From the human T2T-CHM13v2.0 reference genome, Homo sapiens, in NCBI RefSeq assembly GCF_009914755.1, contig NC_060935.1: 64,000 bases of DNA; one strand, 5' to 3'. A program made the translations under genes and the position numbers. The first letter of the stretch is position 1, and the number at the start of each line of letters is the position of its first letter. This document shows, in pieces, positions 18,365 through 33,892 of this stretch. The notes under the pieces are model-generated. The model did no database searches and was not told the DNA's origin. It saw only the letters and a program-made list of their open reading frames with translations.

Positions 18365-19424
18365 CTATTGAAGTGGTGTGGGCAGGGGGAGAAAGAAAGG
18401 ACATACATATAATACAGAAGACTTAATAGAAAATCCACTAATTCAACCTCTTCACTTTAAAATAAAGGAAGTAAGGCCCCAGTGAGTAAAAGGACTTGCC
18501 CCAAATCAATCGCAGAGCCAGATCTAGAAACAAGTCTTCCATCTCCTAGCTAAACATTCTTTTAACACTCCATGCTGCCTTTCACCTTAAAACAGTTTTT
18601 TTAAGTAAAGGAGTTCCTCCAATGTAATTTTTTTTCTAATTAGATCCTTGGTAAAGGACCTAAGGCCCAAGAGAAATTACTGAAGAAAAATGGAAAGGAT
18701 CTTATAATGACAGACTGGAGGAAAACAACAAATAAGGGTCATATTTGAGGAAGCAGACATATGGAAGTGATACTAGAAGCAGTAAGTTAGCAGGATAATC
18801 TTATTTTGGTGAGGAGATATTTTGTACTATTTTGGATATGCTGAATTTGACATCTGAAGACAAATGTCTGGTAGGCAACTTAATTTATGATAAATTATGG
18901 TAAATATTTACAAGTCATTTGGGAAGAGATGATTTTTGTTTAAGTTATAAAAATGGTTGAACCCGGCAAAGGGTAAAGGAGAAAGAGAAGAATCTTGGAA
19001 AACACCTATACTTAGCAGGCAGAATGAGTAATAAAGAGACACAATGGTACAATTAAAATGCCTGGTTCTGCTGCTACCCCATTGACTATATAATTCTGGA
19101 CTTCCATCTATAAAATTTGGGAATCAGATGAGATCATCTCAGCTTTTCTACTAAATCAATAATTTGATTTCATTGACCCAAAACTAATTTTTTAGAAACT
19201 TCTACCAATTAAAAAACACTAAAGATATAAGTGAACAGGAAAATACTATTTAAATGGTCCTAACCTAATACTTTACTTTCTAAGAATATACCAATGGCTA
19301 AAGTAAGAATAAAACAATATCCAGAATTGGATTTTCCCTGAAAATGTAAGAGCTGCTCTTCTTAGAAGGGTGGAGAAACAGGTCTCAGGATGTCAGAAAT
19401 TATGATGAAAAAGAATTATCTTGA

Positions 19425-20040
19425 GAAACTGGAACCCTCATACATTGCTGGCAGGAACGTAAAACAGTACAGCTACTACGGAAACAGTTTGGCAGTTCCT
19501 CAAAAGTTGAGTATAGAGTTGCCATATGACCAGCAATCCACCTGTAGTTATATATCCAAGAGAATGAGAACATACCTCCACACAAAAACTGGTATATAAG
19601 TGTTCATAGAGTAATTTTTTATTTTTTATAACAGCCGAAAACAGAAACAACCCAAATGTCCATTCTATTACTTGGCAATAAAAAGGAATGAGGTACTGAT
19701 ACATGCTACAAAATGGATGAATCTTTGAAACATAATGCTAGCTAAGTAAAAGAAGCCAATTACAAAAGAGCAAATATTACATGATTCCATTTATATAAAA
19801 TGCCCAGTACAGGGAAACTACAGAGGTAGAAAATAGATTAGTGGTTACATAGGGCTGGGAGAGTCAGGGCAGGGGACATGGGGAGTGACTGTTAATGGAT
19901 ATTAATTTCCTCTTTGGGGTGATAAAAAGGATCTAAAATTCATTATGATGGTGGCTGTACAACTCTATGAATATACTAAAAACTAGTGAATTATATACTC
20001 TAAATGGGTGAATTATATCTCAATAAAGATTTTTTAAAAG
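19425..20040 (+). mobile_element. L1M (L1MB/MC-like) 3' fragment
   Basis: gagaaactggaaccctcatacattgctgg...tctcaataaag. Confidence 0.8.
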
Positions 20041-20732
20041 GAGAAGATGATCTCTATTAGAACTGAAGAATAGTAATACCATCTATTATACAACATTAAC
20101 ATTTTTTTCCAAGTGCTTTTTGATCCATATAGCACCCCTAAGGTATATATAGTGTGAATGTTGCAATTTCCATTTTACAGATTAATAATGAGGCAAAATG
20201 ATTTCCCAAAGTATACATATGCATGTATTCTCAACTAGTGAAACTTCGTTCCTGAGGGTAAGGGGGTGGGGTGAAAAAAATCTTAGGTATTACAATGGTT
20301 TATGACCCAAACAGCTTAGCTATATATCTGTGATATTACAATTTCATGGCAGGGAGTATGATTAGGAAAAAGCCTCCTTAAGAAGGAGATAATGAAAAGA
20401 AGGTTACGAAATACTGCATTAGTAGTGGAACAAAAAAAAAGTCAGAACCCCTAAGAATCCCAGCCTGGTATTAATTCCATTAATTAATTCCAATTACTTG
20501 TGAACATTCTAGATCCCAAAGTTGTTTGCAAAGGGGACCATTATTTTCTAGGGCAGTATTGATTTCACATTTTATTTTTCTTAACACTGATTAAATATAT
20601 AACTACATAATTTCAGCAGTATGCCTTCAGCTCTTGCACCATCAAACCCCCATCATACTATTATACTCATCTCCACAAAATTCTGAACCTCATCTCATCT
20701 TCTATGCTTCCCCTAATTTCCTAACTTTTCTA

Positions 20733-20811
20733 CTAGGTTGGTGCAAAAGCAATTGTGGTTTTGGTATTTTTTTTTTTTTAAGTAATGGCAAAAACCGCAA
20801 TTACTTTTGCA
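20733..20811. mobile_element. MADE1 (Hsmar1 MITE), right TIR truncated
   Basis: taggttggtgcaaaagcaattgtggtttt...aatggcaaaaaccgcaattacttttgca palindrome. Confidence 0.88.
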
Positions 20812-21528
20812 TTATTGGGCCATCAGAAAGTCCAGTCTGTCATCAGCAAAACACCCAATATCCTCAATGTCTCTGAATATTCCCTTCATCTTTTTGCTCT
20901 AATGGAAATGAAATGTGGTTATTCCCTGAGGACACTGTCCAGGCTTTCTGGAGGGCTTTTCTTCCTCCTACATCAGCGTATTATCAATTCTAGACATTTA
21001 ATAGCAATGAGGAGAAAGGGAGTATCTATTTGAGCTTTGTTTTCTTTTTTTATTTTCCTGGAAGTATTTTACCCTAGATTTTTGCTGGCTTGCTTTTATA
21101 TATCATTCAGATGTTTACTCAAATCTATAGCAAAACCTTCCCTGACTGTCTTGTCTAAAATAGTACTTCCTCCATCACTACCTTCTTACTCTGTTTTATT
21201 TTCCTTATAGCACATAAATAAAGCAAGAAAGCAGAATAAAAATGATTGAAATATATGCCCAGATAAAAGAGATAAAGGAATATATTATAACGTGCTTAGG
21301 CAAGTGGTTATCTCTAAGACTGGAATTATGAGTGACTTTTTACAATATATACTTTCTAGTACTTTATAATTTTTCTACAATGGGTAGAATAAAGTTATCG
21401 TTAAAAAAAAAATCATGGTGATAGAAATGACAAACACAGGTACAATACAGGAATGATAGCAGTGTCAGCACTAATTTCTACCAATTCCACAGAGCCCAGG
21501 CTGAGATCTCACTGTACAGGGAACTTCA

Positions 21529-21738
<210 letters not shown>

Positions 21739-22929
21739 TCAGAGTACACTGAGCCATAGCACTGGGTTTCAAAGGCTAAGCATATACACAGAGTGAAACT
21801 ACGTCTTAGCACAAAGTAAAGTAAAAGGTTCTTTACTTTGGGGAAAAGCAGAATCTGGGGAACAGAATCACTAACTTTGAATCTCTCAAGGATGCTCCTG
21901 GAGAAAACCAAGTATACATGTTCTGTGAAGCCCCAAAGGGCAGAACTAAGATCTCTAGCTTGAAGTGATACAATAAAATTATATTTCATCACAACACAAA
22001 GGAAGACATCCTAAAATTAGAAAGACTGACATGATTCCCACACCTCTAGAAGCATCCAAACATTTGACAAAGATAGGATTTAGAGTCCATGTTACCCAAA
22101 GAAGAGAGAGCTACTAAACCTCCCAGAGAGTCCTACCAGATCTGAGATCTATGAGACCAAGTATTGGGTCTTGTTCAAGACTCTATCCTCAGAGTCCAGC
22201 ACAGCAGATGCCAATATTTACTAAATAAATCACTGAAAAAATAAAAGATAACTATAAATATTAAACGAAATAATGTTTATAGGAGCCCCTTAAAAGCTGC
22301 AAAGTGTTGTATACATAGTCATTATGCTGACAATTGACCTCTACTTTGAGTGTCTGTGGTTCAAGAATGGAATGAATTTAGCAAGGGCTTATGGAGCCAA
22401 AGCCTTCTGATAAGCCAAGACTACCATTTAGTAAGATATCCCCAGAGAGATTATGGGCTGACATGAGTTAGAAGTGATAGTTTCACTCAGGAGTTGGATC
22501 ACTCAACCCTATTACACGATAAATAAAAAGGTCACTTAGCCTATTTGGTCAATGTTTCCTTACTATAGAATCAGACAAATAAAAACAAGGCGAGCCTAGA
22601 GCCCTAAAGTCTTCTGCCAGTCTTGGACAAAGAAGCTGGATTGGAAAAAAACATTTCTTGCATTGGCTTGAACTGTGTGGTATCATCTTATCTTCATCCT
22701 GATATTGGGAATACTGCTGGACAGATGTGGAGACTGTTGGAAGATTTTAACAAATGCAATCAAGCAAGGGTAAGATTTGAATCCTATTTTTTTGACTACT
22801 AATCGACAGCTCTTTCCATAAAACTCTGTGTTCTGATTTATAATTTTTTAATGTCCTGACTAATAAACATGACAGACTAAGTGTTTCTTCAACAATCTCT
22901 TTTGAGAGAGAAGACTATGGGGATTTGAA

Positions 22930-23045
22930 CTGCTATGGTCTGAATGTTTGTGTCCCTCAAAATTTATATGTTGAAAATCTAATCACTAATGTTATTAGGA
23001 GGTGGGGCCTTTGGAAGGTGATTACATCATGAGGGTTCTGCCCAT
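22930..23045 (+). mobile_element. MaLR LTR (MST/MLT1A-like) 5' fragment
   Basis: tgctatggtctgaatgtttgtgtccc...ggaggtggggcctttgg. Confidence 0.75.
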
Positions 23046-24653
23046 GAGTTCATCCATATGTGATGGAGTTCCCCTCTGGGACATCTCACAAAAACCACAG
23101 ACCCTCATTTGCAACACCTTCACTGAATGCTCAGGTTAATGTCCTCTTCCATGACCTTACAGAGGTATTTTTTTTTTTTCTATACCAGACCAGGAACTAT
23201 TTGAGGGCAAAGATAGCATTATTTACTTCTAATTTCCAGAGTAAAAGTCTCTGGGAATACTGGTAAAGATATGATTAATAAACAAATCTATAAGTCTCTT
23301 AATCCTACTCCCAGAACACAAATTCCTTCAATAACATCGTTTTATCATGTAGATGCATCCACTGATGGGGAACTCACCATTTTGTGAGACAGGCCATACC
23401 CTTACTGACAGCTTTCATTTTTCCATATCCTGAACCAAAATCTAATACCCCTGTCGCCTTCAGTAGTTTGCATGAGCTATATTCTCTGTATAATAAGTTC
23501 TGAAAGAGATGATAAGGTACTAACTTTCAGAGGATTCTTCAGAGCCAGTCAAGACCCACATTAAGGAGACACAGCCATCTCAAAGAAGAAGGCTTTATTC
23601 TTTATAGTGTTGGGAATGTCAAAGTTCAACTCTTTTCTTCTTTAAGGAAACTGAAGCTTACTAGTGTTTTAGATGCAGAACAAGAAGGCGCCCTTATGAA
23701 ATCTACCAGTAACAGGAAGAGGTAGCTGGTCATGCAATATAAGAGGTAAAGAAATTAGAGTCCAAGATTTAGTCCAATTTCACCTCCACCTACGATGTCT
23801 CTGAACCCTGGGCAAGAAGCTTAACTTTTTTTTTTTTTTTCAGGTATCGGAGAAAAGAACATGATATAATAGAAAGGTGCTAGATATTGGTGCTAGGAAT
23901 ATTCAAATTCAAAACACTGCTTTGCTGTTTTATGGCTTACTACTCTTGGACAAGTTATTAACGTCTATAAACCTCAGTTTCCTTGTCTGTAAAATATGGA
24001 TAAAAAAACCCTACCTCACAATGAGATACTGTTCATGAAAGTGCTTGGTACAAAGTAAAGCACAATACAAATATTATATACAACCACTATTACTATTTTG
24101 CAAAAAAATTTTGATGGGCTGGAATGATGGGCTAAAATAATAAAAATGGGACTTAATGAAGATAGTGAAAAAGTTCCACATTTCCAGTTTAATGCAAGCT
24201 TATGTAAAAAAAAAAAAAAAATCAGAAATTTTAGTTGACTGCAAACTTACTGGGAGTCAAAGCAGACAACCTAAAAGATAAAACAAGAATGAAATCATTA
24301 AGCTGTGTTGAGTTTAGAAAGAGTCCCACTCTCTCCATAGTGATCAGATCTCAAATGAAACATCTAGTTCTGCACACTGCATTTTAAGAGAACATAAACA
24401 AACAACAAGTTATTCAGGAGGATGAGCAGAATAAGGAAAGATTTGGGATGTAAAATGAGTTAAGGACCTAGATGTTTGACTCAGGCAGATGGGTTGGTAG
24501 GTTTCCCTTAGGCAAAACAAACAGTACGAGGATCAACTGTTAGAAGCTACACGGTGGTAGAGTTCAGCCTAACACAGAAGGATTTCCCAGCAAAAAAGGT
24601 GTCCAGCATTACACAGGGTCACATACAGAGAGCTCAGCATCACAGAAGACTCA

Positions 24654-24878
<225 letters not shown>

Positions 24879-25020
24879 TCAAGAGTATATTCAATGTGCA
24901 ACCATAGTCATTCCCATTTATTGAGCACCTGCTAAGTACCAGACCTTAAGTACTCAGGAAACAAAGATGAGTAAGATACAGTCTTAGCCCTCGAGTAATT
25001 CACAGTTTGTCTATGTAGAC

Positions 25021-25180
25021 CAGTGGTCTTCAAAGTGAGGTCTCAAGCCAGCATCATCATCATCTGGGAGCTTGTTGGAAATAAAAACCTCGGGTCCCAC
25101 CCCAAATCTACTAAATCAGAAGCTCTGTGATGTAAAAAGTCCTCCAGGTCACTGTGATACACATCAAAGTTTCAGAATCA
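25021..25180. mobile_element. MER5A hAT-Charlie
   Basis: cagtggtcttcaaagtg...ctgggagcttgtt...ctactaaatcagaa...tcaaagttt. Confidence 0.75.
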
Positions 25181-26918
25181 AACTTTGGTGTAGAAAAATA
25201 CTTTTAAAAAGTCACAACAGAAAAGAGATGCTATAACAGAGGCTCATACAAAATGCTAGCGAAACATAAAATACGGCAAAAGCCAAGAATGCTTTCAATC
25301 TGGCTAGGTATAGAGGCTTCATAAAGGGGGAAGTGACTTTCTGAACCTGGCGTAGAAAGATAAATCAGAGTTGATCAGGTTAAGAAAGAAGAGAAAAGGA
25401 GGATGAGAGCTCTATCTACAGAAATAAAAACAAATTTCCAGACAACATGAATATATGGTATACGTTAGTTTCTAAGGTACTTGGTATCAATTCCTTCTAT
25501 GTGTAAGGTACTATTATAAGGTGTTCTCAAATTTGTTATTTCATTTAATCTTCAAAGACACCTTGTGTGCTAAATATTACTAATGATTCAACAGATGGGG
25601 AAACTGTGTTTCAGAGAGGATGTGACTTGCATACATAGCTATTCAATAGCAAAATCAGGATTAGAACCCTCAAAAGGGATGTCAAGTTATCCTGTACATG
25701 TAGCCAGATTAATTTTCCCCCACAGTACACATTTGATAACCTTGTTCAAAAACTTACATGGCTCCTGGTTGCCTAGAAATGCTTCTCAGTACAACATTCA
25801 AAGTTCTCATGATCTGGCCCCTACTTTACTTCCAACTCTATTCCTTCACAGAGGAGAGTGTTCATGGAGAACACTCCATGTTCTCCCTGGTATCTAGTCC
25901 CCCTTCCTTTGTTCAGAATCTTCTCTTCATCTGGAACAGCCTGTATCATTTCCATACATTCAAAAGCTACTTACTCTTTTTGTATCAGGCCAAAGGAAAC
26001 TTCATTCTCCAAACCCAATATGCCTTTTCCCTTCTTTAAAGCCCTATAAGATCATATTTATCCCTCTCTTATGGAACTTACAACTTGCTATCATGTATAA
26101 TGATTAGTGTGTATGTTTGTGTGTATTGAGAGGTTTGAGGGCTTGATTGAAAGCCCAGAACCCTCAATGCCAAACACAGGCCTTTACACACAGAGTTGGT
26201 GCTCAACAAATGTCTGTAGAAAGGAAGATGGCAAGAGAGAAATCAGTAGGTTGGAAAGTACTTTGTTTTTAAATAAAAACAAAAAAAAAAATGGCAATGG
26301 GCTCCTCTATCCCATAGAAGTATACTTTAAATTATTTTCTAAGTGTTCATTCTCTAGAGATATTTTTCCTTTTTCCTGCTTAGTGGACAAGAACACGAAC
26401 ATCTAACAGAACTAAGTTGTCTTTCTAGAAGCAGCAAGAAGTATAAAGAAGGAATGATTCAAACTTTTATGTGACAAATCCCTGACTCTATTATTTCTTC
26501 AAGTCAAGAATGGACAGTCTCTTGCAGAGACCAGGTTAATCATTTAGAATAGAAGTAATTCTGTAAAAAAATCTGACCACCTCCATTCCCTACCTCAAGT
26601 AAGGAAAAATTGCTTTGGAGTGGGGTTTCCTGTTAGGTCAGGCTTCTGGTCTGGCTGCAGCTGTCTATAACAGCTGAGCATTAGTTTTTCCTAACGTTTG
26701 AAAAGCAACATGTTGATCTAAAGATATTAAGTATAGTTAGCCCTTATAACGCACATTAAGGACTGGAGCCAGAAGAATGTCTTTTGAGTTACTCATGCCA
26801 TCTTGGAGGATGGGACACTGCTTACGAACCACACAGTGGTCACTGCTGGCAGCAGCAGGGGAGGAGAGGCAGAAAGAGGCTAACATGGAGGCTAGGGAAG
26901 GACATGGGAGTCCTTTTC

Positions 26919-27213
<295 letters not shown>

Positions 27214-29783
27214 AGGAGTCCTTTTCAATAGCTACTAACTATGGGCTAGGCTAAGTGTCCTTCACCTAAGCCCCACCTATATAGGCTAGGAGATAGCATT
27301 CCTGTAACAGAAAAAGAACTGGACTTGAACTCTGAGGACTTAAGCTCAGGATCTGACTGTCACTTACTGACCTTGACCAATCACAAGCTCTCTGAGCCTC
27401 AGTCTCTTCATCAATACATTGAAGATAATCTCAACCTTGATTCCCCTCTTTTCAGGATTGTTTTGAATACCAAGTGAGACAATGGCCAATGCATTACTCA
27501 CATATAAGTAAATAATTTAAGCAATAAATTTAGACAATAACAAAAATGGTAATCACAGTAATAACAGCATTTAATAAGTACTTGGCACAGCAACTACTCT
27601 CCCACCGCTACTGTTTATCAAATACCAACTGTGTGCCAGGCTCTGTGCTAGATGCCGTACTTATATTATCACAGTAAAACCTAACCACACACAACCCTAC
27701 AAAGTAAGAATCATGATCTGCATTTTCAGTAAGAAAATTGAGGCTAAGACTCATAAGAAAATTCTAAGGTCATAATCAATGCCTACAGGTCCATGTGACT
27801 CCAAAGCCTCTTCCAGTCTGTTCTTTCTATTGTACACATTCTCTCTAAAAACACACTTGAAAAATAATTGTTGGATATGTTAACTGGAAGACTTCCCAGC
27901 ACTAACATTCTTCCTATATGTGAGACACTAGGTCTGCCCTTCTCAGCTGGATAACCCCCAATAAGCAAGAACTCACAAAGACTGAGAGCATCCCATGGAC
28001 TCCAATAAAGATTTATTCTCCCTGGGGCAGGAAATGAAGCCTTCCTGACCACACTGCATTAGCCACCCTGATGGACTCCCTTCCATTCATAGTTTTGTAA
28101 CCACAAGACACGCATACAATGAATTTAAATTTCTCTTTCCTCTGGCCAGCTTCTCACACAGCCAGCCTCCAGGGCTTCCAGGAACCACCATCATCACCTA
28201 CCTGCCTCCCATCAAGGACTGTGAGGCCTGAGAGGCCAGAAGGGACTCTAGTATCTAACCTCAGCTCTGTTGTGCTCTTGCGGCCCAAAACACACAGGAT
28301 TAGGAGTCAAAGATTCTAATCCAGTCCCTGGTAATTGCTGACAGTACAACTTTGCAAAAAAAAGTTATCTATACACCCTGAGCCTCAAATTCCTCAGCAG
28401 TAAAGAAGAAATAATATTACCTACCTCATAGAGTTCTTTTCAGGATTGGTATAGCCTTCTTTATTTTAATCTCTGCATCATATTCACCATCATTAAAATG
28501 CCATGATAATATTATCCTTCCTTCCTCACCATTATTTTTACTTTAAGGCAGATTCGTGTCAATATTACAAGGCTTTTATATGTACACAAAGGAAATTATG
28601 GTCTCTTACATTTACATATGATTTTAATGTCTGTGAACTTTCACAGAATTCTTAGCATAAGGTGTGGCATAAAGCAAATGCTTTGTGGAATACATACACA
28701 TGTATATGAGTAAAAATGAATAAATATGAATATGTAGTTCATAAAGTTTATAATGCATTTTCACATGTATTGCTTTACTGAATTCTTTCAACACTTTCGT
28801 GGACATTTTATTATGCACATTTTATAAATATATAAAATTCAGGCTCAGAGAGGTCAAATGACTTGCCCAAGGTTATATAAGTAGCTAAAGGCTTATAAGC
28901 ATCTAGGTCTTTGGATTCTCACATCAAAGAATAATGAATAAATCCTTAACCATAATAATGATTTTTAAAACTTGGCTTACCCTAGGTGGAGCCTTAATAT
29001 TTGGCTTTAACACTTGTAAAAACTCACAAGAGCCTAGTGAGATATGTGCTACCCCTATTAACCATGACTTCTCCAGGGTGCCACGTGGTTTCAACCACCA
29101 AAAATATAGAAGCACGTTTCTAGCAGCCTCCCTCACAGAAGCCCAACTCTATTTTCATTGGAAGAGGAGGTGCCTCTCTCAATTATTGTGTACTGGTACT
29201 CTTTGAAGTAAGAACTTCTCTGGGGCAGCTGCCATCCACAGTTCATTGGCTGACACTCCTACTCTGCAACCAAATATTAAAATGCAAGGAAACCTCAAGT
29301 ACTCTATATTCCCTTCATATCTTTCTTCTACTGAATATAAGACCTTGGGTCAGCAGGCTTTAGCTATAGTTCTCATGGCTTAATGAAATGAGAGGGACAA
29401 AAAGCTGCCTCCAAATAAATGAGGATTTCACTGTTCAGTGGAAAGTAAAGGTAGCACCAGTAGATTAGGAGTCAAGAGACATGGTTTAAATCTCCTGTAG
29501 ATCAGATTTCTCCCCCAAGCCCCAAAGTTATGTAAGCAACTATCCACTTGGCAATCAGGCAGTATCCAATTTCTTTTTCCTTTCTCCTTGAATAATATCA
29601 CCCACTTGTAAGTAATGTTCACATTCAATCATCTAATCCTGTTGAACCTACCTGCTAAGTTATCTCTCAAATCCATCCACTTCCCTCCATCTAACTATTT
29701 CACCTTAGTCCAAACCTTAAGTTTCATAATGTTATCCTGCTATTTGGCTTTTGTATGCTACAGTAAGAAACTAGATATGTTCC

Positions 29784-30104
<321 letters not shown>

Positions 30105-30180
30105 CTAACAAGGGCTAAAAATTAATCCCAAATAAAAAGAAACAGAACTAAAGGAGCAACAGTGGGTGGTGGATACTCAC

Positions 30181-30229
30181 CTCCTGTCCTGTGGCCACAT
30201 CCATTGCTGTGTACACGGTGCCTGAAGCA
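30181..30229 (-). CDS. PAK1: PAK1 exon 9 (ASGTVYTAMDVATGQE)
   Basis: Manual translation; cag acceptor, gtgagt donor; 49 nt. Confidence 0.96.
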
Positions 30230-32819
30230 CTGAACAGTAAGGTGGCGGAGAAAGAGGGAAAAAAACACAGTGTTCAATAAAGTGATATTTGTCAAATGCA
30301 GTTCTACACACAATCTGTGAGTGTCAAAAACAAGAGCAGTAAAAATAATCCTCTCCCTGCAGCATCCATTCTCACATTTAAGAAGCTATAAGAGGTAGTA
30401 CAGAGAATGTAGGCTCTAGTGGCCAGGAGACCTGAATTCCAACCTGGTACTTCTACCTAGTACCTACTAGGTAGGATCTTAAGAAAGTTATTTAACTTCT
30501 TTGAGCTTCACTTTCCTCATTTGTAAAGTGGACATAAGAGAATACAAGATAATTTAAATTGATTAGTTCATGTAAAGTACTTAGCCAACTGCATATCATA
30601 TAACAGATGCTCAATATATATTAATTTCCTGTTCCTGCTTGCTTCTCTCCTCTCCTCCATCACCCTTGGCACGTGGCTCTAATTTCTTGTGGCTTCAAAC
30701 TCTTCATCTATAAAAGGGATAAGATTAGATCTATGATTTTCAACTGGGGGGGTGACAGGTGGGGAGAAAGGGGCCCTGCGGAGAATTTCAGAATGTGTTT
30801 GGGGGTGGGCCAGCATATCTTATTTATTTATCAAAAAGGAATATGGACTTCCAGGGTGTCGGTAATGTTCTTTTTCTTAATCTGGGTACTGGTTACATAG
30901 GCGTGTTCACTTTTTGAAAATTCATTGAGTTGTACACTTATGTATGCTATCTTTAGTGAAAATTTACTTTAAAAAACTATAAATAGTAAAAAACTATAAA
31001 AACTTGAAGAACCACACTGAATAATCTAATCTCAAAGTACCCTTCCCACTCTGATATTACAGGATACACTTGGATCCTTTAAAATAAAATAATGGTTTTC
31101 AATCATTTATTCCATCAACAGGATATGTGAATTTTGTTTTCTGTAGTTTGTATTATAAAAGTGGTTTTTAGTTTTCATTTTTCAAACATAAAATGATATT
31201 AAATATACTCTTTCAAACATACATGCTCCCAGAAGATCTGAGGGTACCTCTGCCCCACCCCCAAGGTAAGAATGACCCCACTTGACACATGTGTGTACAC
31301 ATATGTATGTTAAGTATATACACATTCATATATACAGACAGAGAAGGGGGGAAGAAATGCAGAAATAATGCTAGGAAAGTAATAATTCATTCAAAATAAC
31401 TAAATCCATTCAAAATAACTAAAACCCTCATTTTATGCTTAAGACCATAAACCCTGTGTATTTGTAGGTAAGTAATTTGTAACACATATTTGTACCTGTA
31501 CATGCCATATGTTAGGTACATATGATGCAATTTGAAGAAAATTAAAATTCTGCTCTATTACAAGACTGCTTCCTAGGCAAGCCCTGAGATTATAATTCCA
31601 GGTCAATCCAGGGGGAAAAGTCATGTGTAAGCATGCCTTGCAGCTAGAAACTATGGTCACCAGCTCCCTAATCATCACTCTTTAGTTGGGACCCTAGCTA
31701 CATGCCTAGAAACTGTGACTATAACATACTGGCTATAAAATAAGGATTGGATGACTTGTACAGGCAGTTATTTCTTCACTGCCTGATTATCCTGCCCCTA
31801 GCTATCTTCTGTTATAAAGCTGGTATCTGTCTTCCTATCCCCATCCCTTCCTGATCCTACTAGATGTAATATTCTTAAAGGACAAACATGCCCAAGCCTC
31901 AGGGGACTGTCTCCATGATTACAAAGTTGTAGAAAGCTACTTAGGCCCACTGCTTAATACCTATTTCTAACTTGAATAGACATATAATTAGACATATGAA
32001 TTCCAAGTCCAAAAGAATAATAATCTTCAGGTCTTAAAGGAGAAATAAAAGCAAGCAAAAATTACAATATTACCAATTCATCATATTGGTGTGACAGTTA
32101 TATTTTAAAAATTATGCAATGTGGAAACATCAGCATAAGTGCTTAATTAATATTTCATTCTTCCCTTAGCACTAACAGACCTGTCAAGTAAGCAAGGAAA
32201 GAACATTATGCAGATGTTGCCTATTTATAGGTCTCATATATCAGTAACTAAAAAAAAAAAAAAAGTCACAAAAGTTCTGGAGGTAAAAGGTCCTCAATTC
32301 ACAATCTGTCTTCCTTAAATTTACAGGAAGAAACTCCAGTCCAGAGAAGAAACCTGACTTGCCTATGCTTGTCCATGTACATTTCTGCTACATTCTTAAT
32401 ATCTCAATTTCACTACCTAAAGGAAATACCATCCCACATTACTCTGAGGTAAGCAAAATAATTTTTTTCTCAAGGTGTTAAATACCTTACACCAGTTCAA
32501 ACTCACAAAAGTATGTCTATTTTGAAAAACACTGGAACTAGAAAAAAATAAGATCCACTCAAGCCCAGAGTTGTTCTGAGGATTAAACAATAAATGCAAA
32601 TAACAGATGTGAACTGTAGAATGCTGTATAAACAGAACCTCCCTATATTATGCAATCTTTTATTTTCAGAAATTCTTGGGTGTATAATTTAAAAAAAAAA
32701 AGAAAATTTCAATGACATCATTAGCAACAATGCTTTCATTCCACTAACACTGAGAGCCAGACATTTTTCTTTTTCAGTTTCTTTTTAATTTTATCTCTTT
32801 TGGTGGGTCTTTAGAAATC

Positions 32820-33300
32820 TCATTTTTTTTTTATAGAGAGGTATAACTTAATTTGCACAAATCTTAAGTGTACAACTTGATTTTTATATATGTACACACC
32901 CATGTGTTCACTACCAAGATCACCCCCAAAGATTCCCTCATGACTATTCCTACTCAACATCCTCCTCCCAGAAATAACTACATTGTTCTGACTTCTATTA
33001 TCATACATTAGTTTTGCTTGTTCTTGAATTTCATATAAATAGAATGACATAGTATCTGCTCTTTTATATCTGGCTTTTTTCACTCAAAATAATGGCCACT
33101 TTCAAAAGACACTACAGTCATTACCCCCGAAGATTCCTTCATGCCTATTCCCACTCTACATCCTCCTCCCAGAAATAACCACTATTCTGACTTCTATTAT
33201 CATATATTACTTTTGCCTGTTCTTGAATTTCATATAAATCAAATGAGACAGTATCTGCTTTTTCATATCTAGCTTCTTTCACTCAAAATAACAGCCAAAC
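32820..33300 (-). mobile_element. L1M 3'UTR fragment containing a ~200-bp tandem duplication
   Basis: aatcttaagtgtaca...ttctgacttctat...cttgaatttcatataaat present twice. Confidence 0.75.
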
Positions 33301-33317
33301 ACTTTAAAAACACAAGA

Positions 33318-33892
33318 CAGTCATGTGTCACATAACGACGTTTCAGTCAACGATGGACCGCATATGATGGTGGTCCCATAAGATTATGATGGAGCTGAAA
33401 AATTCCTATCACCCAGTAACACTGTAGCAGTTGTAACGTCATAGCACAATTACTTTGTTTTTTAATAAATGTACAGTCTAAGTGTACAGGGTTTATAAAG
33501 TCTACAGTAGCGTACACAGTAATGTCCTAGGCCTCGACATTCACTCACCACTCACTGACTCACCTAGAGCAACTTCCAGTCCTACAAGCTCCATCCATGT
33601 TAAGTGCCCTACATAAATATACCTTTTTTTTATCTTTTATGCTGTATTTTTACCGTATCTTTTCTATGTTTAGATATACAACCACCATTGTGTTATAATT
33701 GCCTACAGTATTCAGTACAGTAACATGCTGTACAGGCTTGTAGCCTAGGAGCAAGAGGCTATACCATATAGCCTAGGTGTGTAGTAGGCTATACGATTTA
33801 GTTTTGTGTTCACTCTATGACGCTCACATGACAAAACTGCCTAAGGATGCACTTCTCAGAACATATCCCCTTTGTTAGGCAACATATGACTA
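33318..33892 (-). mobile_element. Tigger3/MER7-family DNA transposon
   Basis: TIRs cagtcatgtgtc.../...catatgacta; internal Tigger3 motifs. Confidence 0.8.

Noticed and set aside
27330-27480. MIR with a gtaagt donor as another cryptic exon (also about 43490-43560)
   Set aside because: The acceptor AG at the equivalent MIR position is mutated
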